A DNA stretch of 64,000 nt, from contig CAXXQE010000008.1 of NCBI GenBank assembly GCA_963665615.2, forward strand, positions 806,001-870,000. The letters run 5' to 3'. The notes beneath the pieces were generated by a model. It searched no databases. It saw only the letters and a list, made by a program, of their open reading frames with translations, and was not told where the DNA came from. Source of the stretch: Syntrophales bacterium. Its GTDB lineage: Bacteria > Desulfobacterota > Syntrophia > Syntrophales > UBA4778. Shown here piece by piece: positions 34,118 to 44,680 of this stretch (its first letter is position 1; each line of letters starts with the position of its first letter). Made by a program: the position numbers and the translations under genes.

Positions 34118-35638
34118 TTACATCTCGATAATGTCGTAATTTTCTTGGTGGAGGTTGCTGTCCACCTTAATAATGATCTTCTTTTGGAGATCTCTTTCCA
34201 GTTTCTCGATGGTGTTCCTCTCATCTTCAAGCAGCAGATTGGCAATGTCGGGGTTTGCCAGCACACAAAGCGTGCCGGATAGGGTGGCTGCGCCGGCGCG
34301 TGCCAACTCCCGGAAAATCTCGTAACAGAGCGTTATCTTCGATTTGACCACGCCCGTCCCTTCACAGTAGGGACACGGTTCACAGAGGATGCGATCGATG
34401 TTTTTGCCTGTTCGTTGCCGGGTCATTTCGACGAGACCGAGTTCGGATATCTTGAGGATATTGGTCTTGCTCTTGTCCTTTTCCATTTCCTCTTTAAGAG
34501 CGCTGAACACCTTCTCGCGGTGGCTTTCATTCTCCATGTCTATGAAGTCGATGATGATGATTCCACCGAGATTTCGGAGTCGCAGCTGATAGGCAATTTC
34601 CTTGACGGCCTCCAGGTTGGTATTCAGAATCGTTTCTTCCAGGTTGCGCTTTCCGACATACTTGCCGGTGTTCACATCGATGGCGCACAGCGCCTCGGTG
34701 GTCTCAATGACGATATAGCCCCCCGATTTCAGCCACACCTTCTTGTTCATCGCCCGGCTGATGTCCAGCTCGATGCCGAAGGTGTTGAAGAGGGGGTCCG
34801 GCTTGTCGTAGAATTCCAGGTAATAGGCTGCGTTGGGCAGAAATGTCTTCATAAAATCGGTGATGCTTGCGAAGGCCTCCTTGGAATCAACCACAATGCG
34901 GGAGACGTCTTTGGTGTAAAAATCGCGGATGGCCCGTAGAATAATGCCGATGTCGGGATGAACGAGCCCCGGGACCCCTGACCTGTTTTTCCGAGTTTGA
35001 ATTGTCCCCCAGAGCCTTGTCAGGTATTCGAGATCCGAGTGCAACTCCTCCTCTTTTTTCCCTTCACTCACCGTTCTGGCGATGAAACCGTGTTTCTCCG
35101 GTCGGATCCGTTCAATGATCTCCCTCAAGCGTTGACGCTCGGACTCATCATGAATCCGCCGTGATATCCCAATATGATTAATGGTGGGCATATAGACGAG
35201 ATTACGCCCCGGGAGGGAGATATGCGTTGTGAGGCGCGCGCCCTTGCTGCCGATAGGCTCTTTCGTGACCTGAACGAGAAGTTCCTGTCCCTCTCGAATC
35301 ACATCCTCAATGTGGAGGCCGTTTTCTTTCCGAAATAGACGCCGACGCAGGTCAAAAAGATCGTCTGCATCCGGCTCCGCTTCTTCGTCCATAAATTCCA
35401 GATCGTCAAGGATATTGGCAATGTCCGAGACGTAAAGAAAGGCCGTTCTTTGAAGACCGATATCCACAAAAGCGGCCTGAATGCCCGGCAGGACCCTGAC
35501 CACCCGGCCGTTATAGATATTTCCGACCGTTCCGCCCTCCTTGTCGCGCTCGATATAGATATTCGCCAGCACGCCCCTTTCCAGAATGGCGATTCTCGTC
35601 TCATGGTCGTTGCTGTTTATGATCATCTCTTTGGTCAT
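34118..35638 (-). CDS. rng: Ribonuclease G (Rne/Rng family)
   Basis: GNIYNGRV..VLPGIQAAFVDIG, IDVNTG, QLRLRNLGGIIIIDFIDM, CPYCEG; no long C-terminal tail. Confidence 0.92.
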   Translation of the reverse strand: MTKEMIINSNDHETRIAILERGVLANIYIERDKEGGTVGNIYNGRVVRVLPGIQAAFVDIGLQRTAFLYVSDIANILDDLEFMDEEAEPDADDLFDLRRRLFRKENGLHIEDVIREGQELLVQVTKEPIGSKGARLTTHISLPGRNLVYMPTINHIGISRRIHDESERQRLREIIERIRPEKHGFIARTVSEGKKEEELHSDLEYLTRLWGTIQTRKNRSGVPGLVHPDIGIILRAIRDFYTKDVSRIVVDSKEAFASITDFMKTFLPNAAYYLEFYDKPDPLFNTFGIELDISRAMNKKVWLKSGGYIVIETTEALCAIDVNTGKYVGKRNLEETILNTNLEAVKEIAYQLRLRNLGGIIIIDFIDMENESHREKVFSALKEEMEKDKSKTNILKISELGLVEMTRQRTGKNIDRILCEPCPYCEGTGVVKSKITLCYEIFRELARAGAATLSGTLCVLANPDIANLLLEDERNTIEKLERDLQKKIIIKVDSNLHQENYDIIEM

Positions 35639-35662
35639 ACAGGCTCCAAAAGGTAACCCCGT

Positions 35663-38182
35663 TTACGTCGGGGCAAAAAGTGTCTCCGTTTTGACGATCC
35701 GCAGTCGCCGGGCGGCGTCCTCGTTCACGCCGAAGACCTGGATCATTATCTCGATAGGCTTGACGCCGCCTGTCGCCGTTGTTCGAAGGGTGATTCGTAT
35801 TTTGCGCGCCTCGGCATCAAAGGCCAGATCCCGAATCAGGGCTTTGACATCCCTCGAAATCAGCTTCCCCTTCAAGGATCTTGCGATAACAAATGTATCC
35901 TGCCTGAGATAGCTTTGCAACCTCTCTTCGAAATGCGGCCCCGGATATTTTTTTTCGTCCTCCGGAAGGGCAATCTCATATCGAAATCCAAGAAACGATT
36001 TGAAGAGGGATTTTTCGCCTGCTGGCAGATCCCGGATGGATTGGACCGCCAGGCCGTCCGGAAGATTGCGGTTGATAGCCCGGCTCATTTCGTCCATATC
36101 CAAACCGCTTGCCTCGATCTGAATGTCCGCAAACTCTGATAAACTCTCGACGCCCACAGAGGAGGCAAAGGCAAATGAGATTTTCGGGTGCGGGTGAAAG
36201 CCGCTGCTGTGAATGAAGGATAGCCCGGCCTGGCGTATCCCGCGCGTTAGCGCCGCCGCAGTTTCCAGGTGAGACAGAAAACGCATGCGCCCTGCCTTGA
36301 CAAAGTGGAGACGATAGGAACGCGCCGTTGGCTGTTCCGTTGCTACGGGAGGCCGATGGTCGGTGTCAGGAGTTATGGCGGCTGTTTCCTGGGGGACGCC
36401 GGTGGCCGCCTCAATCGGCCGTATGTCCTTGCTGCAGACGCCGCACTGATGGCACACGTCCCGTCGGCAATCTGATGTTTCCTGGGTTGCGAGGGCCTTG
36501 CGGCATTCTTCTACCAGGAAATCCCGTGTCAGGCCGGCGTCGATGTGATCCCAGGGAAGGGCCTCCTCCAGAGCCCGCTCGCGGAGGTAGTGCTCTGGCG
36601 CGATACCGTGCTCGTCGAAGATCTGCTGCCACAGGTCGAAACGCAAGAGGTCGCTCCAGCCGTCGAAACGGCAGCCCTGGCGGAAAGCAGTTTCCAGAAC
36701 GTCGGCCAGCATCCGGTCGCCGCGGGAGAAGATTCCTTCCAGCAGGCTCATCCGCCGGTCGTGCCATTTGAAGACGATGTTTCGGTTTTTCAGCCGGCTT
36801 CGGAAGTACTCCTGACGTTCGAGGACTTCTGCGGGTCCGATCTGGCGATGCCATTGAAAAGGCGTATGCGGCTTGGGAACAAAGGTAGACAGGCTCACGT
36901 TGATCTGCCGTCGGTGCTTGCCGATGTGCATGACCTTGTGGCTCAAATCGATGATCCCCTCCAGGTCTTCCGGGGTTTCCGTGGGCAGGCCCAGCATGAA
37001 ATAGAGTTTGAGCGTCTTCCAGCCCGCCGCGAAGATCTGCTCCGCCGTAGCCAGCAGATCCGCCTCCGTGTTGCCCTTGTTGATCACGCGGCGCAGCCGG
37101 TCCGTGCCCGCCTCCGGCGCCAAGGTGAAACTCGTTTTGCGCACGCGTTTGATCGTCTCGATCAGCCGCGGGGTCAGCGACTCCACGCGCAGGGATGGAA
37201 GCGAGATGGCCACGCGCTTGCCGTAATAGGTGTCCATGAGGTCCGGCAGGAAATCGCCGATGCAGGTGTAATCGCCAGTGCTGAGGGACAGCAGCGAGAT
37301 CTCCTCACATCCCGTCGCATTCAGCATATCCGCCGCCATTCCGTGGAGGGTCTGCGGCGTTCGTTCGCGCACCGGCCGCCAGACCATGCCCGCCTGGCAG
37401 AACCGGCAGCCTCGCGTACAGCCACGCGCGATTTCCAGGTTGATCCGGTCGTGAACCGCCTGAATGACCGGTAAAACAGGCCTTTGCGGATGGCGCCAGT
37501 TGTTGAGATCGGCAATGGTCCTCTTGCGGATCTTTTCCCCGTGCGTGTGAACGAGCGGAACGTAGAGCCCTTTCACGGCTGCCAGCGCCTCGAGCGTTTT
37601 GTGGCGGGGCCATCGGTTGTCTTTCCCGGTCAGAAGTGTTTGGGCGATCTCGATGACGAGTTCTTCCCCCTCGCCGATGGCGATGGCGTCGAAAAACGGG
37701 GCAATGGGTTCGGGGTTGAAGGCGCAGGGCCCGCCAGCGATAACAAAGGGCGCGTCTTTCACGCGATCCGCCGCTCGCAGGGGAATGCCGCCCAGATCGA
37801 GAATGTTCAGGACATTCGTATAGGACAACTCGTATTGCAGCGAGACGCCGATGAGGTCGAAGGCGGCCAGCGGGGTCTGGCTTTCCAGAGAAGCCAGGGG
37901 GGCGCCGGTTGCGCGCAGTTGAGCCTCCATGTCCGGCCACGGCGCAAAGACCCGCTCGGCGGCAACGTCCGGATGCCGGTTGAGAATGGCGTACAGGATC
38001 TGGAGGCCCAGGTGCGACATCCCGATTTCGTAAGTGTCGGGAAATGCCAGACAGGTCCGCAGGCGGCGCTGCACGGCCTCTTTCGCGATGGCGTTGATCT
38101 CGCCGCCGATATACCGTCCCGGCTTCTCAATAAAGGGCAACAGGGCCTCTACGGACGAAAGTGTGTCGTTCTTATGTGTCAT
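35663..38182 (-). CDS. B12-binding-type radical SAM protein fused to a radical-SAM-linked C-terminal domain (TIGR03960/TIGR03936-like)
   Basis: KPGRYIGGE, FPDTYEIGMS, RGCTRGCRFC; C-terminal RFLSHLE...GFHPHPK; typical position upstream of rng. Confidence 0.85.
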   Translation of the reverse strand: MTHKNDTLSSVEALLPFIEKPGRYIGGEINAIAKEAVQRRLRTCLAFPDTYEIGMSHLGLQILYAILNRHPDVAAERVFAPWPDMEAQLRATGAPLASLESQTPLAAFDLIGVSLQYELSYTNVLNILDLGGIPLRAADRVKDAPFVIAGGPCAFNPEPIAPFFDAIAIGEGEELVIEIAQTLLTGKDNRWPRHKTLEALAAVKGLYVPLVHTHGEKIRKRTIADLNNWRHPQRPVLPVIQAVHDRINLEIARGCTRGCRFCQAGMVWRPVRERTPQTLHGMAADMLNATGCEEISLLSLSTGDYTCIGDFLPDLMDTYYGKRVAISLPSLRVESLTPRLIETIKRVRKTSFTLAPEAGTDRLRRVINKGNTEADLLATAEQIFAAGWKTLKLYFMLGLPTETPEDLEGIIDLSHKVMHIGKHRRQINVSLSTFVPKPHTPFQWHRQIGPAEVLERQEYFRSRLKNRNIVFKWHDRRMSLLEGIFSRGDRMLADVLETAFRQGCRFDGWSDLLRFDLWQQIFDEHGIAPEHYLRERALEEALPWDHIDAGLTRDFLVEECRKALATQETSDCRRDVCHQCGVCSKDIRPIEAATGVPQETAAITPDTDHRPPVATEQPTARSYRLHFVKAGRMRFLSHLETAAALTRGIRQAGLSFIHSSGFHPHPKISFAFASSVGVESLSEFADIQIEASGLDMDEMSRAINRNLPDGLAVQSIRDLPAGEKSLFKSFLGFRYEIALPEDEKKYPGPHFEERLQSYLRQDTFVIARSLKGKLISRDVKALIRDLAFDAEARKIRITLRTTATGGVKPIEIMIQVFGVNEDAARRLRIVKTETLFAPT

Positions 38183-38432
38183 ATTGCAACTTTCCGAAGG
38201 CTTGGTAAGCAATACCACAGGACGGATCGACCGCCTGTGGTATTGGCCCTACCCTATCACAAATATCCCGCGGAGGGAAGGCTCGCGACAGCGAAAGGTG
38301 CATGATCGAGAGCATCGAAAAAGATGGATTTGCACAGACAGGATTGGTATGGTGAAACGATGTTGCGGAGCGAAAAGAACCATGGCATCGGCAACAGACA
38401 AAAACCGTCGTACACGAGAGCGAGACGCGATC

Positions 38433-40049
38433 ATGGATATAAACACCGATTTCCTCGTCATCGGCAGCGGCATTGCGGGGTTGACGCTGGCCATCAAACT
38501 TTCCGCGCTCGGGTCCGTTGCTGTCGTGACCAAGAAGGAAACCATCGAGTCCAATACCAATTACGCCCAAGGCGGCATCGCCGCCGTCACCGATCCCGGA
38601 GACAGTTTCGAGTCACATATCCAAGATACCTTGGTGGCGGGAGCGGGGCTCTGCAATGACGCAGTCGTGCGGTTTGTCGTCGAGGAAGGGCCTGCGCGGA
38701 TCAGGGAGTTGATCGACTGGGGGGTCGAGTTTACGCATGCACCGGGAAAGGCAGCGGCGTTCGATCTCGGGCGCGAGGGTGGGCATTCGGAGCGGCGGAT
38801 TCTCCACGTGAGAGACGCCACTGGACGCGAGATCGAACGGGCCCTCAGCGCCAAGGCGAATGCCGCAAAGACGATTTGCATTTATGAAAATTGCATCGCC
38901 ATCGATCTCATCAGGCGATCGAAGGTAATCGGCGCGTCCGATCCCGCAGGCGACCGCTGCATTGGCGCCTATGTCTACGACATCGATCACAATGAAGTTC
39001 ATACCTTCACGGCACGATTCGTTATTTTGGCGACCGGCGGAGCCGGCAAGGTCTATATGGTCACCACCAATCCGGATATCGCCACTGGAGACGGCATGGC
39101 GATCGCGTATCGCGCGGGCGCGGCCATCGCCAATATGGAGTTCATCCAGTTTCATCCCACCTGCCTCTATCACCCGGACGCCAAGGCCTTCCTGATCAGC
39201 GAGGCCGTGCGCGGAGAGGGCGGCGTCCTGAAACTCCGGAACGGTCAGACTTTCATGGAGAATTACCATCCCCTGAAGAGTCTTGCGCCCCGAGATATCG
39301 TGGCGCGGGCCATTGATCACGAGATGAAATATTGGGGCGACGAGTACGTCCTGCTCGACATTACCCACCGCGATCGGGATTATATTATCAATCGGTTCCC
39401 GAACATTTACGAGAAATGTCGCCAGTTCGGCATCGACATGACACGGGAGCCGATCCCTGTTGCGCCGGCGGCTCATTACTTTTGCGGCGGCGTTCAGGTC
39501 AACGCTATGGGTGAGACGACGATGCCGGGGCTGCTGGCCTGCGGCGAAGTGAGCTGCACGGGCCTTCACGGGGCGAATCGTCTGGCGAGCAACTCCTTGC
39601 TGGAATCCGTCGTGTATGCACATCGGGTTTACAGACGGATCAGGGAACTGCTGCCATCGTCGTCAGTCGAGTCGCTGCCCATTCCGGCCTGGGATACGCG
39701 GGGGGCGACCGCGAGCGACGAGGCCATTGTGGTTGCGCACAACTGGGACGAGATCCGGCGCAGTATGTCGAATTACGTCGGAATCGTCCGGTCGAATCGA
39801 CGGCTGGAACGGGCCGCCCACCGGATCGATCTGATCTGCCGCGAAATTGACGAGTACTACAAGAATTTCCTCATTTCGCGGGATCTGCTGGAATTGCGCA
39901 ATATCGCGCTGGTCGCTCAGATGGTGGTTCGTTGTGCGATTCTGCGGAAGGAGAGTCGTGGTCTGCACTACAATCTGGATTATCCGGAGACGAACGATCG
40001 GGAGGGATTGAGGGATACGGTGATTTACAAACAAGACGTAAGACGTTAG
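38433..40049 (+). CDS. nadB: L-aspartate oxidase
   Basis: IGSGIAG, SNTNYAQGGIA, REGGHS, QFHPT, LISEAVRGEG, GLHGANRLASNSLLE; start trimmed to 38433. Confidence 0.94.
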   Translation: MDINTDFLVIGSGIAGLTLAIKLSALGSVAVVTKKETIESNTNYAQGGIAAVTDPGDSFESHIQDTLVAGAGLCNDAVVRFVVEEGPARIRELIDWGVEFTHAPGKAAAFDLGREGGHSERRILHVRDATGREIERALSAKANAAKTICIYENCIAIDLIRRSKVIGASDPAGDRCIGAYVYDIDHNEVHTFTARFVILATGGAGKVYMVTTNPDIATGDGMAIAYRAGAAIANMEFIQFHPTCLYHPDAKAFLISEAVRGEGGVLKLRNGQTFMENYHPLKSLAPRDIVARAIDHEMKYWGDEYVLLDITHRDRDYIINRFPNIYEKCRQFGIDMTREPIPVAPAAHYFCGGVQVNAMGETTMPGLLACGEVSCTGLHGANRLASNSLLESVVYAHRVYRRIRELLPSSSVESLPIPAWDTRGATASDEAIVVAHNWDEIRRSMSNYVGIVRSNRRLERAAHRIDLICREIDEYYKNFLISRDLLELRNIALVAQMVVRCAILRKESRGLHYNLDYPETNDREGLRDTVIYKQDVRR

Positions 40050-40052
40050 ACA

Positions 40053-40643
40053 TTAGGACTCGGTTTTTCTGTATTTTGCCTTGCCTTCGCTGTAGAGATC
40101 CCCTCCCAGGGTGTCGTTAATGACGACGACGGGGAAGTCCTCGACCTCCAGCCGCATGATCGCTTCCGGTCCGAGATCGGCATAGGCGACAACCGCCGCC
40201 TTTTTGATATGTCGGGCCAAGAGGGCGCCTGCCCCGCCCGTAGCGCCGAAGTAAACGGCCTTGTGGCGTTTGATCGCCCCGATGACCTCCGGGCCGCGGC
40301 TGCCCTTGCCGATCATGCCCTTTAATCCCAATGCCAACAATGACGGCGCATAGGCATCCATCCGGTAGCTGGTGGTGGGACCGGCAGAGCCAATTGCCTT
40401 GCCGGGTTTGGCCGGCGTGGGCCCCACATAATAAATGACCTGGCCCTGAAGATCGACCGGCAGGGCTTTGCCTTCTTTCAATAAATCGCTCAGCCGTCGA
40501 TGCGCGGCATCCCTGCCCGTCAGAATCACGCCACTCAGCAATACCCGATCCCCGATCCTCAGTTTTTCCACATCCGCATCGGTCAGCGGAGTAGTAAGCC
40601 GGATGGGCGTTTCGAGTTTCGAGTTTTGAGTTTCGGGTTCCAT
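40053..40643 (-). CDS. Fe-S hydro-lyase (class I fumarase-type) beta subunit
   Basis: TGRDAAH, GPTTSYRMD, MIGKG, LGPEA. Confidence 0.92.
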   Translation of the reverse strand: MEPETQNSKLETPIRLTTPLTDADVEKLRIGDRVLLSGVILTGRDAAHRRLSDLLKEGKALPVDLQGQVIYYVGPTPAKPGKAIGSAGPTTSYRMDAYAPSLLALGLKGMIGKGSRGPEVIGAIKRHKAVYFGATGGAGALLARHIKKAAVVAYADLGPEAIMRLEVEDFPVVVINDTLGGDLYSEGKAKYRKTES

Positions 40644-40888
40644 AGGTGTTTAAAGTTGTGAGTTTGAAGCGGCTGACGCCGCAGTCAATAGTAAACAGTA
40701 AACAGTCACGCAATTGCACGGCGATTTAACTGGAACCAAGCTGGTAGCTTGATCTGAAGTTTTGCAGGCTTTGAAAAGCCCGCAAAACGTATGCGCATGC
40801 CCTGTCCAATCTCTCAAGTTACTAAAGATGATCCCCGTAAGCGGCATCAGCCTCTGCTCCCCATTTACTGTTTACTATTCACTGTTCA

Positions 40889-41728
40889 CTAGAGCACAGC
40901 GGTCTTGTGCCTCGCTGCATGGCACTGTACATTCACCGCCACCGGCAGGCTCGCAATATGGCAGGGCTCGACCTCGAAGAAGACGTCCAGCGCGGTCGTC
41001 GTCCCGCCGTAACCCATCGGGCCAATGCCAAGCCGGTTGATCCTGTCCAGGACATCGCGTTCCATTGCGGCGATTTCCCGATCGGGATGCCGTTGCCCGA
41101 TTTCCCTTAAAAGGGCTTTTTTGGCGAGATAGGCCGATCGCTCGAAGGTTCCCCCAATGCCGACGCCGACAACGGTCGGCGGGCAGGGGTTGGCGCCCGA
41201 CTCTTTCATCCGGTTAACAATAAAGGTCTTGATTCCCTCGATGCCATCGGATGGGGCGAGCATCTGCACCCGGCTCATGTTCTCCGCGCCACCCCCCTTC
41301 GGGACCGTCGTGATCCGGAGGGCTTCTCCCGGAACCAGCTCCAGATGAATGATTGCGGGGGTGTTGTCCTTGGTGTTTTCCCGCGTAAACGGGTTACAGG
41401 CGGACTTGCGGAGATAGCCGTCGCCGTAGCCCTGTCGCACGCCTTCCTGGATGGCCTCCGTAAGGGCTCCGCCCACGATGTGAACTTCCTGCCCGAGCTC
41501 GACGAAGACAACGGCGAGCCCGGTATCTTGACATAGCGGGACGCCTTCTTCCCGCGCGATCCGGGCGTTTTCTTTAAGTTCCTTCAAAACCTCGCGGGCC
41601 ACAAGGGATTCATCGGTCCGTATGGCCCGTTCCAAGGCAGTCAGCACGTCCTGACCGAGGTCGCAGTTGGCCTCGATAAAGAGATCCCGGACCGTCCGCG
41701 TGATGTCGGAAACGTGAATGTCCCGCAT
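40889..41728 (-). CDS. Fe-S hydro-lyase (class I fumarase-type) alpha subunit
   Basis: PLCQDTG, KGGGAEN, NPCPP, CHIAS, QCHAARH. Confidence 0.92.
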   Translation of the reverse strand: MRDIHVSDITRTVRDLFIEANCDLGQDVLTALERAIRTDESLVAREVLKELKENARIAREEGVPLCQDTGLAVVFVELGQEVHIVGGALTEAIQEGVRQGYGDGYLRKSACNPFTRENTKDNTPAIIHLELVPGEALRITTVPKGGGAENMSRVQMLAPSDGIEGIKTFIVNRMKESGANPCPPTVVGVGIGGTFERSAYLAKKALLREIGQRHPDREIAAMERDVLDRINRLGIGPMGYGGTTTALDVFFEVEPCHIASLPVAVNVQCHAARHKTAVL

Positions 41729-41738
41729 GGGAGCTCCG

Positions 41739-43193
41739 CTACTTCACTTGATCGATGGCCCGCTTCAGGGCGTCTTCCAAGAGGCCAATCGGAGGACGTT
41801 TAATGTAGTCGTCCTCCATGAGATGGTCGATCAAGGCTCTCGATTCCTTGATATCGGCCTCGGCCTTGGCGAAGGACTCTTCCGGCGTCATCTTCAGGCG
41901 GGCCACGCCGTCCTGGATCGCCTGCATGGCGACGTCGCGGGCCTCGGTCGGGAAGACCTCCCACTCGCTCATCAGCGGGGTGATGTACTCCGGCGTGATG
42001 CCCTTTCTCTCCGCGGTACCGGCCATCGAATAGGCTGCGGCGATGGCCATCTCGTCGGTGATCTTTTCCGCGCGCACCATCAGGGCGCCCTTCAGAATGC
42101 CGGGAAAGCCCAGGGAGTTGTTGACCTGGTTCGGGAAATCCCCGCGGCCGGTGGCCACGACGTAGGCGCCTGCTTCTTTGGCGGCATAGGGGTAGATCTC
42201 CGGCACGGGGTTGGCGCAGGCGAAGACGATCGATTTCTTCGCCATCGTGGAAACCCAGCTGGGTTTGATCACATCGGGGCCGGGTGTGGACAGGGCAATC
42301 AAGACATCCGCCCCTTTCATGGCCGTCTCGATCGAATCCACCTTGTTGGGATTAGTCTTCTCGCAGATTTCCCACTTGCGGTAATAGCGGGCGTCGGCCT
42401 TGATGTCCTCGCGGTCCTTGTGCAGGCCGCCCTTGGAGTCGCAGACGACGATATTGGCGGGATCGGCCCCCGCCTTCAGGATCAGACGCACGCAGGTCGT
42501 GTTGGAGGCGCCGGCGCCGAAGAAGGCCACCTTGATCTTGGAGAAATCCTTGCCGACGACCTTGACGGCGTTGATAAGCCCGGCCAGGGTGACGCAGGCG
42601 GTGCCCTGCGCGTCGTCATGCCAGACGGGGATGTCGCAGGCCTCGCGCAGATCGTCCAGGACCTTGAAGCAGTTCGGTTGCGAGATATCCTCCAGGTTGA
42701 CGGCGCCGAAACTCGGTTCCGCCATTTTGACGAAGTCGATGATTTTTTCAGGATCGGGTTCCCCGTTTTTCCCGCGACTGTTGATGCACAGGGCAACGGC
42801 ATCGACGCCGCCCAGGTACTTCATAAGGAAGGCCTTTCCCTCCATGACGCCGAGGCCGCCGGAGGGAGATACGTCGCCGTCACCGAGAACGCGCGTGGAA
42901 TCGCTGACCACGGCCACGAGATTGCCGCGGTTGGAGAGTTCGAAGGAGGCATTGTGATCATCTCGGATTGAGGTCGAGACCTTGGAGACGCCGGGGGTGT
43001 ACCAGACGTTGAACCAGTTGAACCCGTAAACGCCGGCCTTGGGAACGGACATCATCTTGCCGCCGTAGAATTTATGAGCGTCGTAGGAGAGTTCCTTGAG
43101 AAAAAGCGTTTGCGCCCGCGCGATCTGTTCTTCGGTGAAGTTGTCGGGAAAAGCCGCTCTCAAATTGCCGAGAGTGAAGTCGATCGGTTTCAT
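41739..43193 (-). CDS. NAD(P)-dependent malic enzyme
   Basis: YTPGV, VMEGK, VNLEDI, WHDDAQGT, FGAGAS, ANPVPEI, ATGRGDFPNQVNN. Confidence 0.92.
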   Translation of the reverse strand: MKPIDFTLGNLRAAFPDNFTEEQIARAQTLFLKELSYDAHKFYGGKMMSVPKAGVYGFNWFNVWYTPGVSKVSTSIRDDHNASFELSNRGNLVAVVSDSTRVLGDGDVSPSGGLGVMEGKAFLMKYLGGVDAVALCINSRGKNGEPDPEKIIDFVKMAEPSFGAVNLEDISQPNCFKVLDDLREACDIPVWHDDAQGTACVTLAGLINAVKVVGKDFSKIKVAFFGAGASNTTCVRLILKAGADPANIVVCDSKGGLHKDREDIKADARYYRKWEICEKTNPNKVDSIETAMKGADVLIALSTPGPDVIKPSWVSTMAKKSIVFACANPVPEIYPYAAKEAGAYVVATGRGDFPNQVNNSLGFPGILKGALMVRAEKITDEMAIAAAYSMAGTAERKGITPEYITPLMSEWEVFPTEARDVAMQAIQDGVARLKMTPEESFAKAEADIKESRALIDHLMEDDYIKRPPIGLLEDALKRAIDQVK

Positions 43194-43211
43194 TGAAACT
43201 CCTTTTACATG

Positions 43212-43586
43212 CTATTGAAAATTTCTTGAATTCTTCTCCCGTTCCGCAAATCGGGACAAGACGAGACGCGACGGGAAATTCGGCCTGGAGAGATACTCGA
43301 ACGAGTTGGTCTTGAACTCCTCGAACAGCTCGCGGAAAACGTTGTACCCAAGGGCCAGGGGAACGAAACTGCGCTCCTTGCGCTGCTCGAAAACCACCGT
43401 TGGGCCGAGCGCCTTGAGGCAGGCATCGTACTGATCTGGGCTCTGGAAATACGCCGGTTTGACATCGACGCCGACGCGAATGATGAGTTCAACCCGAACG
43501 GTATCGGCTGCGATGGCCCGCGTGGCATCCCATACCTCCATGTCGAGGCCGTTGGCCAGGCGGATCGTGTCGATCAATTTCATCAT
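43212..43586 (-). CDS. Hypothetical protein
   Basis: 124-aa ORF with RBS AAGGAG, co-directional and adjacent to malic enzyme. Confidence 0.65.
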   Translation of the reverse strand: MMKLIDTIRLANGLDMEVWDATRAIAADTVRVELIIRVGVDVKPAYFQSPDQYDACLKALGPTVVFEQRKERSFVPLALGYNVFRELFEEFKTNSFEYLSRPNFPSRLVLSRFAEREKNSRNFQ

Positions 43587-43931
43587 GTTACTGGCTCCTT
43601 GCGATGGTTCCGGACGACGCTCTTCCCGGACAACGCAGGGCTGAACATCACTGCAGGCAACCTATCATAATCGGGGAAAGTCCTCAATGAAAAGCCATCG
43701 GTCTTTTGTTTGGCCGCCATTTCCGATAATTTGTACCTACCGGACATTGGTCATGACAACAGGATGGACTGGGCCGCATTAATTCACTAAATGCTGCGGA
43801 CGGACCGGCATGGGGAGGCAATCTATAGAGGCGCATTGCGCCGAAAAGAGACACCCATCGATATGGATTTGCTTTTTAAGCGAGTATTGCGCGAAAAATC
43901 GGCCGCAAGCCGCCGGTTCCTTATCCCATCC

Positions 43932-44507
43932 CTATTTATTGCCGACGGTTTTTCCGATGTCCCAGGCCTTGCCCATCTGCGCGCCGATGCCATAGTAGCC
44001 GACAAGCGACGGATCCCAGATGAGCGGCTTGACCTTGGCGATATCGGGATAGCCCTTTTCGCCCAGGACTGCTTCATCCGCCTTGACGTCCATGATTTCT
44101 CCGATAAAGAGCGTATGCAGACCGACCTCCAGGGTATGTCGGAGGCTGCACTCCAGGATCAGCGGGGCTTCGCCGACGTAAGGGGCATCGACCAGATCGC
44201 TTTTAACCGGCGTCCAGCCACAGTCGGCAAACTTATCGGTTTTGCGTCCCGTCGCGATGCCGGCGTAGTCCGCCCGGGCGGCCTGGCTTTCGGACGGGAT
44301 GCTGATCGTATAGGCCTTGCGCGCCTCGATGGCGGCGTAACTGTAGGTCGCCTTGCGCAGAGAAACGGTGACGCAGGGCGGCTGTGAACAACAAATGCAG
44401 CCCCACGCGGCGGTCATGATATTGGGTCTTCGAGCTTCGTCATAGGTGCCGACCAGCCAGACAGGGGCCGGCATCGCCAGGGTCTTTGCTCCCACGGATT
44501 TCTTCAT
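43932..44507 (-). CDS. Flavin reductase family protein (flavoredoxin-like)
   Basis: PNIMTAAWG, TGRKTDKF, LEC, HTLFIGEI. Confidence 0.88.
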   Translation of the reverse strand: MKKSVGAKTLAMPAPVWLVGTYDEARRPNIMTAAWGCICCSQPPCVTVSLRKATYSYAAIEARKAYTISIPSESQAARADYAGIATGRKTDKFADCGWTPVKSDLVDAPYVGEAPLILECSLRHTLEVGLHTLFIGEIMDVKADEAVLGEKGYPDIAKVKPLIWDPSLVGYYGIGAQMGKAWDIGKTVGNK

Positions 44508-44680
44508 AGGGTTCTCCTTTTAGTCAAGGTTTAAGGCAAACAGGGCGTCGACAAAAGGACCGGCGAATGCCCCGAGGCATTTGGACGGACGTCGCGTTTC
44601 CCGAGCCCGTAAAAAAGTAGCATGAAACGATAAGGCGGGCAATGTCATAAAGAGGACTGCGCCAAGGGCTTCGGTGAGAA

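Noticed and set aside
38034..38432. Long N-terminal extensions in the ORF track (nadB, also glmM, dusB, ogt, csp and YfiR)
   Set aside because: Family-conserved sequence begins at downstream ATGs, several with a clear RBS, and the extensions overlap neighbouring genes or promoter regions.
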